A stretch of DNA of 64,000 nucleotides from Antedon mediterranea (GCF_964355755.1 NC_092673.1:30749648-30813647); one strand, 5' to 3'. Shown: positions 1 to 13,884, counted from the stretch's first letter. Numbers and translations: made by a program. The notes: generated from the sequence alone by a model not told the origin.

Positions 1-770
1 TTACAGGGCCTATTATAACAATGGTGGTCTTGTCTATAATGTTAATGATAAATTATTATTATTTAATGTAGCTTCTGCTTCATTTACAATGCTAACAACA
101 TGGAACAATTATATTGATTACAGTGATCTATTGATTGATTTATATTATTTATTATTTTATATACTAATTATTCATAGTACCACTGTAGTAGATGAAGAAA
201 GTGGCCATTGTGTTTCCCCCGTTTTTGTAAACAAATAAATTACAGGTCCTATTATAACAATGGTGGTCTTGTCTATGTAATGTTAATGACAAAGTTATTA
301 CTTTTATAACGCAACAGACTCAATGATGCGCTTTTGTTTTGAAAAATGTAGCCAGCTACTAAAAATCACATCGCAACAAAATGTTAGTACTCAGACGTTG
401 TTTGTTGATATTATATGTCGTTTATAATGAATGAACATGGGTTCTTTATGTCGGGATGACCGAGACACAACTGGTGCTGACTGGGGTTCAATTAGACCGA
501 TCCTTGGTTAGCGACGAAGGCGTATCCCCTTACTTCGGTTTGGTTTTTTTTTTTTTTTTTTTTTGCATGGTTGGAATTCCCTTTTTTTCGTATTAATTTA
601 TGTACAGTGCTTAGAGGTTTCACAACATTATTATTATTATATGTTTATAACGCTAAAATGCAACCATAAATATGTTTTTTCTGCGAATACCTACAATCGA
701 ATACGCTTTATTATTATTTAAAGGTTTCGATATTATTATTTCACCGTGTTTTTTATACCAATAAATTATG

Positions 771-938
771 TTTTTTTAAAGCTATAATTAAACTGAATGG
801 AAAATCCCGTATTGAAAGTGATCGTACTACCACTAGAATGATATGATGGAATAGCCTTATTAAAATATTCAAATTCTAGCACGATCACTTTCAATACGGG
901 ATTTTCCATTCAGTTTAATTATAGCTTTGAAAAAAAAC
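771..938. repeat. Foldback/MITE-like hairpin upstream of DED gene copy 1; shortened copy at ~4812-4940
   Basis: aaagctataattaaactgaatggaaaatcccgtattgaaagtgatcgt is mirrored by acgatcactttcaatacgggattttccattcagtttaattatagcttt. Confidence 0.8.
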
Positions 939-1300
939 CCATAATTTATAAAAATATAACAGTGTTATGATAATTATTCATCGCGTGAGAAGTGGGAGAA
1001 ACGCTTTGTTAGATTTAAGCATACCGTTCTGTCAACTTGTTGATTATTTACATAATCGATGGACGATTATATGATTATTATCAACGTTCAACCTATAAAT
1101 ACACTAATTTCCTTCTATGAAATCAGATGTTTATAGTTTTTCCGTGATAACTTTTAAGTGGTTTACTTTTGTGATAGGCCTATAATGTGTTTTTCTGAAA
1201 GGACCCTATACATTATAAATGAAATAGCCTAAAATTGAACTTGTACAATCAATACATATTGTTGCATACGCTGAAGTACGTTTTCTTGTGGAGAAGATCC

Positions 1301-1350
1301 GTCGCCATTTAGGGTGTCAAATAAGCTAGTGCAATCATTATTATTGACAG
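1301..1350 (+). promoter_or_regulatory. Putative first (non-coding) exon / promoter-proximal motif of DED gene copy 1
   Basis: gtcgccatttagggtgtc followed by the donor gacag|gtaatg; the same motif precedes most paralogs. Confidence 0.55.
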
Positions 1351-1911
1351 GTAATGTATAACGTAATGTATTTCAAATTTATGTATTTGATTAATGCCTA
1401 TTGTTGATACAACATGATTTCATTTACCTAGGCCCTATATGTCTCTAGTGACTTATCTAACAATCCATAGCTAGTCCTATTTATATATTCTGGGCTATTA
1501 TTGTTTAATCTCAATCTCTGTCATGATCCTTTGATAATTGTATAAACTATAAAAAAAAAAGACGAAAATGGGCTAACGATTGCTTTGGAGCTATAGATTA
1601 GTTTCAATCATTTCAACTGTACACCACTGTACTTGATTAATGCATATTATTGATAGACCATTGCATTTACCTATAGGCTTACAGTATTGTGACTTACCCA
1701 ACAATTCATAGGCCTATATATTATATTTGTATTATCTCTTTCATGATCCTTTCATAAATTGTATAAAATTGCTTTGTTCTTTTATGGTCATCTTCCCACA
1801 CGTTTCCAAAATATACAAAATTAACTATTAGGCCTAAACATGAGCACTATGTGAAACCAATGTTCTGTAATTGTATTCTTTAGCATATCGTAGAAAACAC
1901 AACACGACGAG

Positions 1912-2442
1912 ATGGCAGAGTCTAAACTTTACGAATTCCAAAACTTAAAAGCTGATCTCAGTAAATTCTATGACGGTGAAAGGTACTTTTGGTTACGATT
2001 ATGTTTATTCGACCTCTTAAGTGTGGGTGATGTTACAAATCCAGATTCTATTGGAAACGATTTATTCAATGCGCTTGAAGACAGAGGTTTAATCACGCCA
2101 ACTAATGTTAACATTCTTTTAGAGATAACGAAGCTAACAGAAATGAGGGGGGCTGAGCATATTGTGACAGGATTTATAAATGACAACAACCTTCAGAATA
2201 CAGATGAACCAAAGTTGTCCTTTTTCCGGAAGCGACTTTTCAAAGCTATGAGACAAGTTCACCCAAATGCGTTGAGGGATCTTATCGCTTACTACGGACT
2301 AAGACATCATAACTTTCAGAATATTTGGGACGTGGTTCTGAAACTGGAGATCGACGTAGTTTTAGAAGATAAACCAGATAAAATCAAAAGATTTGCAAAT
2401 TGTCTGGGAGCAACTGTAAAAAACATCCTCATACAGTCTTAA
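1912..2442 (+). CDS. Tandem-DED gene copy 1: exon A only, 176 aa, two DED-like domains
   Basis: Acceptor ctttag at 1883, then ATG. Motifs DLFNALEDRGLITPTNVNILLEI and LSFFRKRLF...NIWDVVLKLE resemble caspase-8/c-FLIP DED1 and DED2. Stops just before a degenerate donor; no micro-exon or exon B follows. Confidence 0.7.
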   Translation: MAESKLYEFQNLKADLSKFYDGERYFWLRLCLFDLLSVGDVTNPDSIGNDLFNALEDRGLITPTNVNILLEITKLTEMRGAEHIVTGFINDNNLQNTDEPKLSFFRKRLFKAMRQVHPNALRDLIAYYGLRHHNFQNIWDVVLKLEIDVVLEDKPDKIKRFANCLGATVKNILIQS

Positions 2443-3264
2443 ATGATAAAGCGTATTTGTATTTAACATTAGATAGATAAATATACTTATGGCAAAGTAT
2501 TAAATTATTGTATACTAAACCAGCGTGATATAGACAATGAACAATCTTGAAGTTGTACCAATTATTAAAGCCAATATTATTATAATGCTTTAGTATCACC
2601 AAGAAACATCTAGAGTAAATAGAAAAGAAAATGTAAGCGAACACCCATATTATTATTCTACTGCAGTAAATTAATTTTCTTTACAACAATGTATAACTTT
2701 ATGATATAGGCCTACTCCAATATACAGTGTGTATTGGCGTAAGTTATTTTAAATACATATTTGTTTCTGTACAAGTAGTACGTATAAAACTAGTATACGG
2801 TATAGTGTTTAGATAGTATGTTTATATGTCATTTTCTTACAGTAGAGATTTTACTGCTGCTTTTTCAATTTTAATCCACCCCGTATCAAGGTTTAAAATC
2901 TAAATCTCTTATTAAATCTGATCTTCTTAACCATAAAATATCTATATAATTGCAAGAGGGTTAATAACGGGTAAATAAATTTTAAAATAAATGGGTTGTG
3001 ATGGTTGAATATTGTATGAACGACATTATTGGATGATTGGAATTATAATATGTCTTTTACTTTTTGTAGTCACTATGTGTAAAATTGCTATAGGGCTTTC
3101 TTAGGTTTTTATACTCGTAGTATTTGAAAAAATCGACCATTTAGCCTATATAATTTAATTATTTGGTCATGTCAAAAATATATTCCGGAGAAATATTTCC
3201 AGTATGCAGATACTTTGGACTTTCTGATTGTTGCGGTCAGTCCATCGATTTTAATTACTTTTAC

Positions 3265-5380
3265 AATTATTATTTAATGTAGCTTCCGCTTCATTTATAA
3301 TACTAACAACATGCAGTGGTGGCGCCAGGATTTCCCCCCGGAGGGGGGGGGGCGAATTCCCCGACGAAAGCGGGGGTGGGTTTGGGAGGGGGTATACCCC
3401 CTCCCGAGCCTCAAAACATTTTGAAAAAATAGATGCTTACACACTGTTTAATAGGCTAGAGCAACTGTTTCCATTACATTTAATAACAATGTCACATAAT
3501 AATGATATATACCCTATAGCCGGGTGAATAACTCAATGTAATTTAGTACTGTATACAATGATGATTGCCGTAATCGCCGTGTCTATAACACAAATCAATA
3601 AAATGCCGTTTTTTCGGCCGTGTACATAGAACAAGACATTTCATGTTTATGTTATGCCTATGAAATAATAATAAAAGAACATCATGTTTATCGTTTTTTT
3701 TATCGTTTATACGACTGCATACCATTATATAAAAAACCTTCATACGCGAGAAAAAAGTTCACGATATTACACTCTACTCTGTACAGGGGTGGTCCACGCT
3801 AACGCATGCACACGGACCAGGGCGGAAAATTGTGTATTTTTGGAGAGTGATGACGTCAGTATTCACAACGTGATGCTGGTAGTGGGAGTGCATGTGTTTT
3901 GAAAATAACTCAGTTGTGGGTTTTCCGAGGATTTTAAATTGCGTTTTCTTTTTAAACTCTTGAATTCATAAATAGTTCTTTCACTATGTAGGCCTATTTA
4001 CACTAGCCTACTCTTCTTAAAAAGAGTCAAGTGCGTCGAATCCGCGTTTAGCGACGGTCACGGGTTTGGTGCATCCCTTTTTTCCCTTTAGAATTAAGGG
4101 AGGTGGCTAGCCACCCTATTCACCAACCAACCGTAGTTGCAAATGAATTTTCGATTTTCGCCTGGAATCTGAAAAATACACATTTTGGTCCCTGGATGTA
4201 ATATGATACAGCCCAGATATGTCGACGCGTATACCGCAGTGAGCCATGAAAGATTCGTACAAAGAGACACCGCCAGACAAATGCGTACCACATCATACCG
4301 TTTACTTCGCTGTCAGTATATCGTACGTACGTCAAAAATGGAATGCCGCAGTTACTTAAAATATATAGTAGTACACACTTAATATGGTTTTATTTTTTAC
4401 CAGAAAAGAAATGATCATATTTTTCTCCCCGACAAATATGACCAATACTCCCCGACGGGGGGGGGGGGGGGGAGAGAGCTTTCCCCCCCCCCCCCCCACC
4501 ACAGACAACATGGAACAATTATATTTATTACAGTGATCTATTGATTGATATATTTAATAATCATTATATAGGCTAATTGTTCCACTGTGCTAACTGAGGG
4601 AGAAAGCGCCATTTTGTTTTATCCCGTTTCGTGAACAAATAAATTACAGGGCCTATTATAACAACTGTGGTCTTGTCTATGTAATGTTAATGATAAATCT
4701 AGACTCAATATGCACCCTTGTTTTGAAAAAATGTAGCCTACTACTAAAAAGTACATAGCAACTAAAATTAGTACTTTAAGTTGTTTGTTATAAATTATGA
4801 GTTTTTTTTTTCAAAGCTATAATTACACTGAATGGAAAATCCCAGACCACTAAAATTTGAATATGTTAATAGGCTACGGCTATTCCATTCTCCATTCTAG
4901 TGGGACGGGATTCTCCATTCAGTGTAATTATAGCTTTAACCAAACATAATTTATAAAAATGTAATGTTATAATTAATGATCGCGTGAGAAACGCCTGATT
5001 CGATTTGAGTATAATTGTTGCATTATGGACCTATAGGTCTGAGTGTTGTCCGATACGTTTTCTTGCGGATAAGCTAACGGTACGTCGCCATTTTAGGTGT
5101 CAAATAAGCAGCGCAGTCATTATTATTCATAAGAGGGCATGTATTACCATGGAACTATAAATTAGCTTCAGTTATTTCAAATTTAGACCAATGTATTTTA
5201 TTAATGCCTATTGTTGATACACCATGATTTCATTTACCTCTAGTGACTTACCAATCCATATGCCTATACGTATCAACACAAAAGACAATATAATAGCTAT
5301 AGTCCAACGATTGTTTAACTCTGTTTTGGTCATCCTTCCACACGTTTCCAAAACATATAAAATAAACTGTTAGGTAACAA
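3265..5380 (+). repeat. Duplicate of the copy-1 upstream region (~55-1830), with deletions and the hAT insertion
   Basis: Collinear shared blocks such as acaacatggaacaattatat, cgcgtgagaa, gtcgccatttt and ccacacgtttccaaaa. Confidence 0.8.
3314..4504. mobile_element. Non-autonomous hAT-like DNA transposon
   Basis: Termini cagtggtgg...ccaccacag; 8-bp TSD acaacatg at 3306-3313 and 4505-4512; empty paralogous site at ~95-110. Confidence 0.8.
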
Positions 5381-5754
5381 AGCTACAGTAGTATTTTACG
5401 TTTAGTTTTGTTTTACATTTTGTACCGTACATACTTAATGGATGAACTTTAGTTTACTTAATGTTTATAATGCTATTTATACAATAAATTCTTCAACGAA
5501 TTCCTTCTACACTTTTTATTTCGATATCATATTTCAGTTTTGTTTATATATATATTCCAACCGTACTTATTTAAAGCTATATAATTACATTAAATGGAAA
5601 ACTTGATCCATATCCAAATGAACGAAGTGATCGTACGATACCGGCCACTACCACAAGAATGGAATAGCCCTAACTTAAATATTATTAACATATTGCAAAG
5701 TCCATTGTAGAGAAGAAGATTATCAGCCATTTTTAAGGCGTGTCACGCTGTCAT

Positions 5755-8700
5755 ATGTCCACTATGAACATTAAAATAAAAGGTATGCATTCAATGTTAT
5801 CAATTTCTTTAAAGCAGCCATTTTAAATAGGTTGATAGGCTATAATACCAAGTTTTAAAACCAATGTAAGAGAAATGTACCTCGAGTATGTCGAGTGTTG
5901 ACAAAGTGCGAAGCAGCGAGGCACGCGAGGCAAGCGAGGCATGCCAAATATTTGTGCGAGGCATCATTTTATCATTTCCAAAAGTGCGAGGCATATAGTT
6001 TACAATTTCAAAAAGGTGCGAGGCATATCTTAACGTGCTATTATGCTATATTATAGGCCTAATAATCAATCGATACAAGCGTATCTAAATAGATTCGTGT
6101 ATACACTCATCATGTTGTTTATTTTTATGTAACGATTGTTTTTTCATTCAAGTCATATCGTGTCAAATTTTACTTTTACAAAAGTGCCCAAACTACGGTT
6201 CAAAAATCTGAACGACAGTCTTCAACTTTCGATAAACAATAATTGTTATATTTTTAAAATATATGGCACTAATTGACGCTATTCCAAGAAACTGGAAAGT
6301 TATAGTGGTTGAGAAACCCTATTGTTATATACATAAAGAGGTTGATACAATAGACAAAAATGTTAATGTTACTTCAAATTATACAACTGTCAAACAATTC
6401 TATTTCACTTTTACCGAGGTAGCATATAAAGCGTGCATACCAAAAGCAAAAGATAAATGGGAAAACCAACTTCAAAATTGTTTTATCGACTGGAATCTAT
6501 GTTGGAAAAACAAAGTTAAGAGTATGTTGCACATAAAAAGAGTGGCTTTCTTTAATTTTAAGTTGCTACATAAAATTTTACCAACTAGGTGTAAGCTAAA
6601 ATTATGGAATTTGTCAAACAGTAATTATTGTGAATATTGTAATGAGGAGGTTGAAAATGAAAAGCATATGTTATTTACATGCAAAGAAGTAAAACATTGC
6701 TGGGTAAAATGTTGCGCTATGTTGAAAACATGTTTTGCATTTACTCAGGAAGTTACATGGGAGAAAATTTTACTTGGAAAATATGATGTCAAAATTAATG
6801 AAATATTTTCCATTTTAACTTTCTGTGTTTATAAAAATAAAGTCAAACACAGACTAGGACTTGTTAAAAAATGTCCATGGTTAATGTTCACTGCGGAGTT
6901 AGAAGATATAATCAATTGTGAGTTTTTAATAAATAAAGAAAAGGCAAAAAAAATGTGGTCAGATATGGACCGTAACAATTTAGCAAGGTATAAAATTAAC
7001 GTTTATAAAATTGATATTTAGGTAAAGTAAAATATAACTTTTTTTTTTTTTTTGATTGCCTGAAAGAGATAAAAAGAGTTATAAAATTAAGAATTCTGTG
7101 GTAAATTATACGTACATTGTTAAGGATTGAAAAACGTGTAAAGAGTGTATAACATAGAGGAATTTTTTTTTCTTTCCTTATACTATTATATATAAAATGC
7201 AATGGTAGGAGTGAGATATCAGTTGTACTGAAAGTTAGTTAATGTCAATTATATTGTATTGTATCATTACATTACTCATGTGCTCAATGTACTCATTGTA
7301 AACGAACATTTTATTGATGAAGAAATAAAAGTGGGTCGATCCTACATAAGACAAAAAAAAAACAATAATTGTTATAGGGACACACTCATCAAATGACTGC
7401 AATGTTTGTTGGCATTTCGAGCGTGTTCACTCACATGTCTCTCGAACATAGCAGAGTGAAAATAATATTTTGTCACACCCCTGCGCCTAGATCCGGTAGA
7501 CCCGAGAGATGGAAAATCCCTCTTTACTATTTAGCAGGTAGCGGAATGATTCAGCCCTCAGCTCAGAGGATTGTGGTGCATTCCCCTACTATAGCACGTG
7601 GTTTCAGCAGCAACGCACAGACTTCTCTCTGAGCGGCGTGCCAAAGACATTTTTGACATTCCATTCTCTAGGAACAACACGTGTACCTCTCTTGCAAATA
7701 AGGTGAACAGCGATTGCCAGGACAAGTTCAGTAACTGGCGGTGAATAAAAGGTAACTGATATGCCGATCCAATAACATGCCGCAAAGAAAAAAATTGCGA
7801 CAGAATTCTGGAGCGCGTGTGAAAAAAGACTTACGTCCGACAATTGTAATACTAGGCCTAAAATTAAACTTTAGCTAATAATTTTTAATATGCTTAGCCC
7901 TAACCTAGATAAGAGGCCTATGTAGAAAATAATTTAATCAATTTTGATATAATAATAATTGGTGTAATATTTAATAATGATACACTATTCCTGTTTTAGT
8001 AAGCTAGGTATATTACGAACGATTTTTATTTATTGTTGTCCATGTACGTACTAATAAACATGGCGCTAGTTTCCTTCGCTTGTATTTTTACTCCAAATTT
8101 GATAACTAACTTTATCATGTGAATACCACACCTTAGAAGTATACCTCATGAGTACTTTAATGAAAGAATCACATAAAAAGTAACAAATAAATCCTTAAAT
8201 TAATGATTTTACAGGCGTGTTTCTCGCACACTGTTCGCGAATTTCACTTATTCAATGTTTAATATTTTTGTTTCTATGGAGCGCCAAAAGAGCAACGATA
8301 ATAGAGGACTAAAACTCAGTGGAATGCGTCAATTTCTCATGCATTTATTGGTGAAAAACACGTTTTATTTGAATATATTTCTTAATTTGTCAATAAAAAT
8401 GTTGTAATATGTTACTGCTGATACTGTTCTGTTTTCTTCAAAGAATAATAATCGATCCTAAATCAACATCACTACCTAGTCTAGACCTAGGACATCCTAC
8501 TAAGGATATTATGATGAATTTTTCTATTTTATTCTTTGAAAGGTTAACGAAACCGTGTACATTATCAACAGTAACATTTTTCCTTACTGACAGTGACAAA
8601 ATCTATTGAAATTGTACTTGATTTTCACCAAATAATGCGTTAAATATAAATGGATTCCACAGAGTTTTTAGCCCTCTAATTAATTTTGCTCTTTTGGCGT

Positions 8701-11504
8701 TCCATAGAAACCAAAATATTGAACATTGAGTGTGCGAAATGCGAGAAAAACAACGTCTGTAAAATCACCAATTTAATGGATTTATTGTTACTTTTATGCG
8801 ATTTTTCTTCATTAAAGTAGGCCTACTAATTCTAAGCTGTGGTATTCAGGATAAAGTTGGTTAAAATACAAGGCAGGTGCAAAAGGAAACTAGACTAGCG
8901 GGCCTAGGCCTAGGCTACTTCAATTTCGGTGATTACCTGCCTTGCAATTTTAAGAAATGATAAAATGATGCCTCGCATTTTTTGATGATGGTAAAACGAT
9001 GCCTCGCATAAATTTCTGACTTGCCTCGCATGCCTTCCCTGCCTCGCGTGCCTCGCTGCCTCGCACTTTGTTACTACCCGAGTATGTCAATGGTCTCATT
9101 ACCAAATGTATCTTAATAGGAATCCATTATCGTAAGATCATAAAACGTCTAATTTTGATTAGAAATGGAACCAAATTATGTTACATAACTTAAAACCGAA
9201 GTAGGCCTAATAAAGCATTGTAAAAATTCCTGCACAGTAGGCCTACTGTATGATAGTCATTTAGGCTAAGTTTATTACTTTGCAGACGAATACACCAGAA
9301 CGGCAGATTCAAAAATATCGGTCAGTTTCCGAGACCTAAAAGCTGATCTTAGTCGATGCTTTGACGGTGATAAATACCTATGGATAAGGTTCCTACTATT
9401 TGATGTCTTAAGTATCGGTGACCTTACAGCCCCACTTTCCATTGGAAAAGATTTGCTGAATGCGCTTGAAGATAAAGGTTTAATCACATCAACTAATGTT
9501 AACCTTCTGCTAGAGATTTCGAAAACATCCGGAGCGACACAGGCCAAAGTTCTTCTGACAAAGTATATGAGAGACAACAACGTTCAGGAAATAGGTACTA
9601 GCAAAACCAAGTTGTCACGTTACAGAAAGCGACTGTTCAAGACCCTAAAACAGGTTGACCCAGATGCATTACGTAATATTACTTCTTTCTACGGGTTAAG
9701 AAAATATAACTTCTCCAATGTTTGGGATGCAGTTCTCAAACTGGAGATCGAGGAAGAATTAGCAGCTGATTCAGACAAAATAAAAAAGTTTGCTGGTTGT
9801 CTAGGCAAAAAAGCAAGAAGCACACTACTTGATAAAGGTATATTTAAAGATGTATTTTCCCCCTTGTGTGTTGAATATGCCATTTTAATGTCACATAATA
9901 GTTATTCACTTGACCAAAAATAGAATCTAAAAAAAATAAAACTGTAATTTAAAGCACAAAAAAAAAAGTAAAATTGGCTGCCAGCCAATGGATTTTTTGT
10001 TGAATTTAACCAATTATTATGGTATTTTATAAGTGAAAACATTATTTTTTTCGTTTTTTTTTTCTATGGAAGTGATTAACTTTATTAAAACTAAAAAATA
10101 ACCTATTCAAAGTCTGATTTAATTAATCTTCATTTTCATGTTTTTGGGGGACAATACATCTTTAATCTTTTCCGGAGTTTAATATAATGTTATTGAATCT
10201 TTCTTTTTTAAATGGTACCGGTAGTAATATTAATAATATCAAAGTTGGATCATTTGCAATCATTAAAGTTGAAACGTATTAACTGATTGTTTATTTTATA
10301 GGCAATAGTAAGAAGGACGAAAATGAGACTGAGTCATCAAGTCAAGAATGTGAACCAAGTGAAGGTAAATTATTCATAAAGTAAATAAGACAATGGTATG
10401 GTCGGGAGAAACCCATAAGAAGGGTAAACTAGATTTGAAGTCAGCACGCCATTTTTATCATGTAAAAAGTTCATATTATAAAATACATTTTCGTAAAGTT
10501 TCATTGAAAAATAAATTTTTGTTCAGATTTAATGATCAACCATAACATTTCATAAATCGCGCGTAACTTACAGTTAGAGGTCAATCTTATGACAAAGTTA
10601 TACAATCTTATGTTGGCTAGAATTAGAGATACGCTGCGAACAAAATTCGTGGAAAGAAAGAAGAATAAGATAGAAAAAAAAGATCCTGACAATAACAAGT
10701 GGTTATCCGCCAAGTGCGGATAACCAACAAGAATGATTGTAACAATCTATGCTAATGTAATAATGTGTTGATGAATAATGGAAATTGAGAGTGGGTTGTT
10801 AATAGTACGACAGTTTGTAAAAAAAAGCTGTTTATAGGTCAAAAAACTATTGTGATGCTTTAATGTATTTATGTTCATTAAATTCATAATCTTCGTTTGA
10901 AAGTTATGATTTCAATAATAATCAAAATAATATCAATGGATAACAAAGTTACAGTAACATGTTCCTTTTTTTTTTAAATCAATATATAGATTTATCGATG
11001 GATGATTTTAGACTCTTAATTGCGGACTTTGTAAGATGGTTTGATGCTGGTGGATTCCAAAGTCTAAACATTCTAAAAGTTCTATTCATAGAAATGTTAG
11101 GTGACATTGAAGAGTTGAAAAGAGCTAACGGTACAACCGAGCTGTTATGTATCTTAATGGGGTCTGGGATATTAAGTAAAAAAAATCTTTCGGTCCTCTA
11201 TGACACAATAAAGGTAACTGAACAATATACCTTTGAGTCAAGCATCACAAAGAAACTTCATCCTTTCAAAAATATCAGGGAACGTGAGGTAGTATCATTT
11301 TCACAACATACCGTTAGTATTTTTGATCTGGGAAAATCCCTTAGTGATCAGGATATAAAGGATCTTGATGGACGATACAACTTCCCTATCCGTAGGATGT
11401 ATATAGACGCATGGAGTTTGATTTTGCATTTTGAAGATCGGGGGTTGTTGAGCGAACACAATATCGCGTATATTAAGAATTTCTTAAACAAGAAAAAAAA
11501 ATAA
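5755..11504 (+). CDS. Tandem-DED gene copy 2, intact four-DED protein of 385 aa; exons 5755-5782, 9286-9837, 10302-10364, 10990-11504
   Basis: All introns are GT-AG and phase 1; the exons sum to 1158 nt with an open frame: MSTMNIKIK/DEYTRTADSK...LLDK/GNSKKDENETESSSQECEPSE/DLSMDDF...NKKKK*. Confidence 0.8.
5893..9079. mobile_element. Non-autonomous Mutator(MULE)-like element inside intron 1 of copy 2
   Basis: Terminal inverted repeats (TIRs) acaaagtgcgaagcagcgaggcacgcgagg and cctcgcgtgcctcgctgcctcgcactttgt; 9-bp TSD gagtatgtc at 5884-5892 and 9080-9088. Confidence 0.8.
6251..7359 (+). mobile_element. 5'-truncated L1/Tx1-type LINE (ORF2 C-terminus with zf-RVT, 6263-7021) nested in the MULE-like element
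   Basis: FNFKLLHKILPT...CEYC..EVENEKHMLFTC CCHC motif; AATAAA and poly(A) tail; TSD aaacaataattgttata at 6234-6250 and 7360-7376. Confidence 0.9.
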
Positions 11505-12612
11505 ATAAAGTTGACTAGACTTTTTCGCTGTTTTTAAAAAACTATTAGCTTAATGTAGCCTATAGGCCATGTATGACAACCAATAGTTGTGATACTATAA
11601 ATTGATGATTATAATAGTTAATAATGAGATTATTTTTTGTTTGTTAAAACTGTGAGAATTTTACACACTTTTGCTATTAAGTTCATGATAATTATATGTA
11701 AAATATATCCGTAGGCATACTCTTATTCGAGGAAAATACATTAACATATTCTTCTCATATTTTGTTTTTGTTGTGGTTTTGTTTTTCACTGATGCTGTTG
11801 ATTTTAGATACCATATTATTGGAAGAAAACCATTATTAAAGTAGTTTTGAAAAAGAAATACAGTTTCTTGAGAAAATGAAATATGTGTCATTTTTGTCTT
11901 GAGCATTGTAATTCTTTTATTTCAGACAGAAAAAGTTCGTAGTACAGTACAAACAGTATACATACACACATACATAAATAGCATTAATTAATGCTTGTAT
12001 ATGTATGGATGTATATGGACCATAGGCATACAGGACTTTACTTTATTTATGTACTACCATGGACAATTGTTATCGTTTGTCCATGATAGTTTTTGTTATA
12101 ATAATGTAGAAGCCATTGCTTCTAGTTTAATTAATATTGGGCAAAATATTTGGTTTTCTGTGGCAACCTATTGCAATATGAGGAGGTTGCATGCATGGCA
12201 TAGTTGCCATTTCTGGCATTATTATACTTTTTGGCATTATTTGGAGGCCTACGGCATCTGGCATAATGCCGCGGCATTATTTAGCCGTTTTTAGCATAAT
12301 CTGGCATAATTTTGTGTTTTTTGAACAACCAAAAAAATAATATACCACAGAACAAAAATAAAATATTTTGTTAATACATATCACCTTACACAATATCATA
12401 TCGTACAAAACAGATCTGTTCGGGTTTTCCGTACAATAGTTCTTCCATCCTTTCGTTCGGACTTAATCGACTCTTCGGATAGGAAGGCTGCTCGGAAACT
12501 ACCGTGTGTGCGATATAGGCAGCACAACAAATCCGAAGAGGCTAGCTATTGGCCAATTATGTTGCTCTATTTCAGAGACCATGCAGGTTATTGGATCCCC
12601 AGATAGAGACAA

Positions 12613-13713
12613 TTGAACGATGATGATACTAGTTTATTTTGTTCTTTTAATCCACATGAAATTGTTGACCTAACAAATGTAAATGAGCAGTTGAAACATA
12701 TAGTAGATTGGTGTGATGTTAATAAGTTGACAATTAATTCTAAAAAGACAAATTATATTATATTTCGTAATCAGCATACAATAATTGAAGTAAAGGGGGA
12801 TATATACATAAAGGAATCAAAATTAGATGAAGTTGAAGCTACAACTTACATTGGGGTAGATATAGATAATAGACTTACATGGAAAGTGCATTCTAATAAG
12901 GTTAACAAAATTATTAGTTCTAAGGCTGGTTTATTGTACAAACTTAAATATGTTGTACCCCAATCAATTTTGGTGCTTTTATATAATTGTTTTATTTTGC
13001 CTCATATTTCATTTGCATTAGAAGCTTGGGGTAACACTTATAAAACTCATTTAAAACCAGTATATTTAACACAAAAACGTATTATACGCACATTGACTTA
13101 TTCTGATAGACTAGCACCCAACATCATTATTATTCAAAGAACTTAAAATTTTAAATATTTATCAGCAGCATCAGTATTTAATTACTTTATTTGTTCATGA
13201 TAGTTTACATGGTAAATTTACAGATACAACTCCTAAATATTTTTTGTATATTAATTTTCATTATTCATCAAGGTCTCAGACTAGAGAAAAGTTGTATGTA
13301 CCAAAATATAGAACAAACATAGGACAACATTCCATCAAGTATTCTGGTGCAAAGCTCTGGAATGAAATCCCGGATGATTTAAGGTTTCTAACAAAAAGCA
13401 AATTCAAAAAAGAAATGAAAACATACTATTTGTTTGTATAGTGATATTTATTTATTTTATAAGAGAATTATATTGTATATATTTGAGAGAAAGTGTATTT
13501 AAAAAAAAAAAAATGTTTATGTATATTAATTTTATTTTAGACAAGTAGCCCTTATTTATTTATATAACTATTATACTTCAATGTTTAGGGGCTGAACTTG
13601 ATTAGTTTTAACTATTTTTTAGCCCTTCCCTTGATATAATTATTATTATTTGTATATTATTACAATGTTTATAATTTATATTTATGGGTAAATAAAGAAA
13701 GAAAGAAAGAAAA
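12613..13713 (+). mobile_element. 5'-truncated CR1/L2-group LINE, RT C-terminal part, frameshifted
   Basis: DDTSLF, WCDVNKLTINSKKT, YIGVDIDNRLTWKVH, GAKLWNEIP; tail aataaa(gaaa)n. Confidence 0.9.
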
Positions 13714-13884
13714 CATTATGAAAGGGGTTTTGTTTTTTCAGTTCATAATTATAAGCGGCCACACCCCTACCCCAACCCTTAAAATGGCAATTTCCGGTAA
13801 CTAGAAGCTCTAATTTTAAAAAGAATTTCTTCTAGAGAATTTGTTTTCCATATTTCAAATTATGTTCCATTTGCATCGTCGTAG

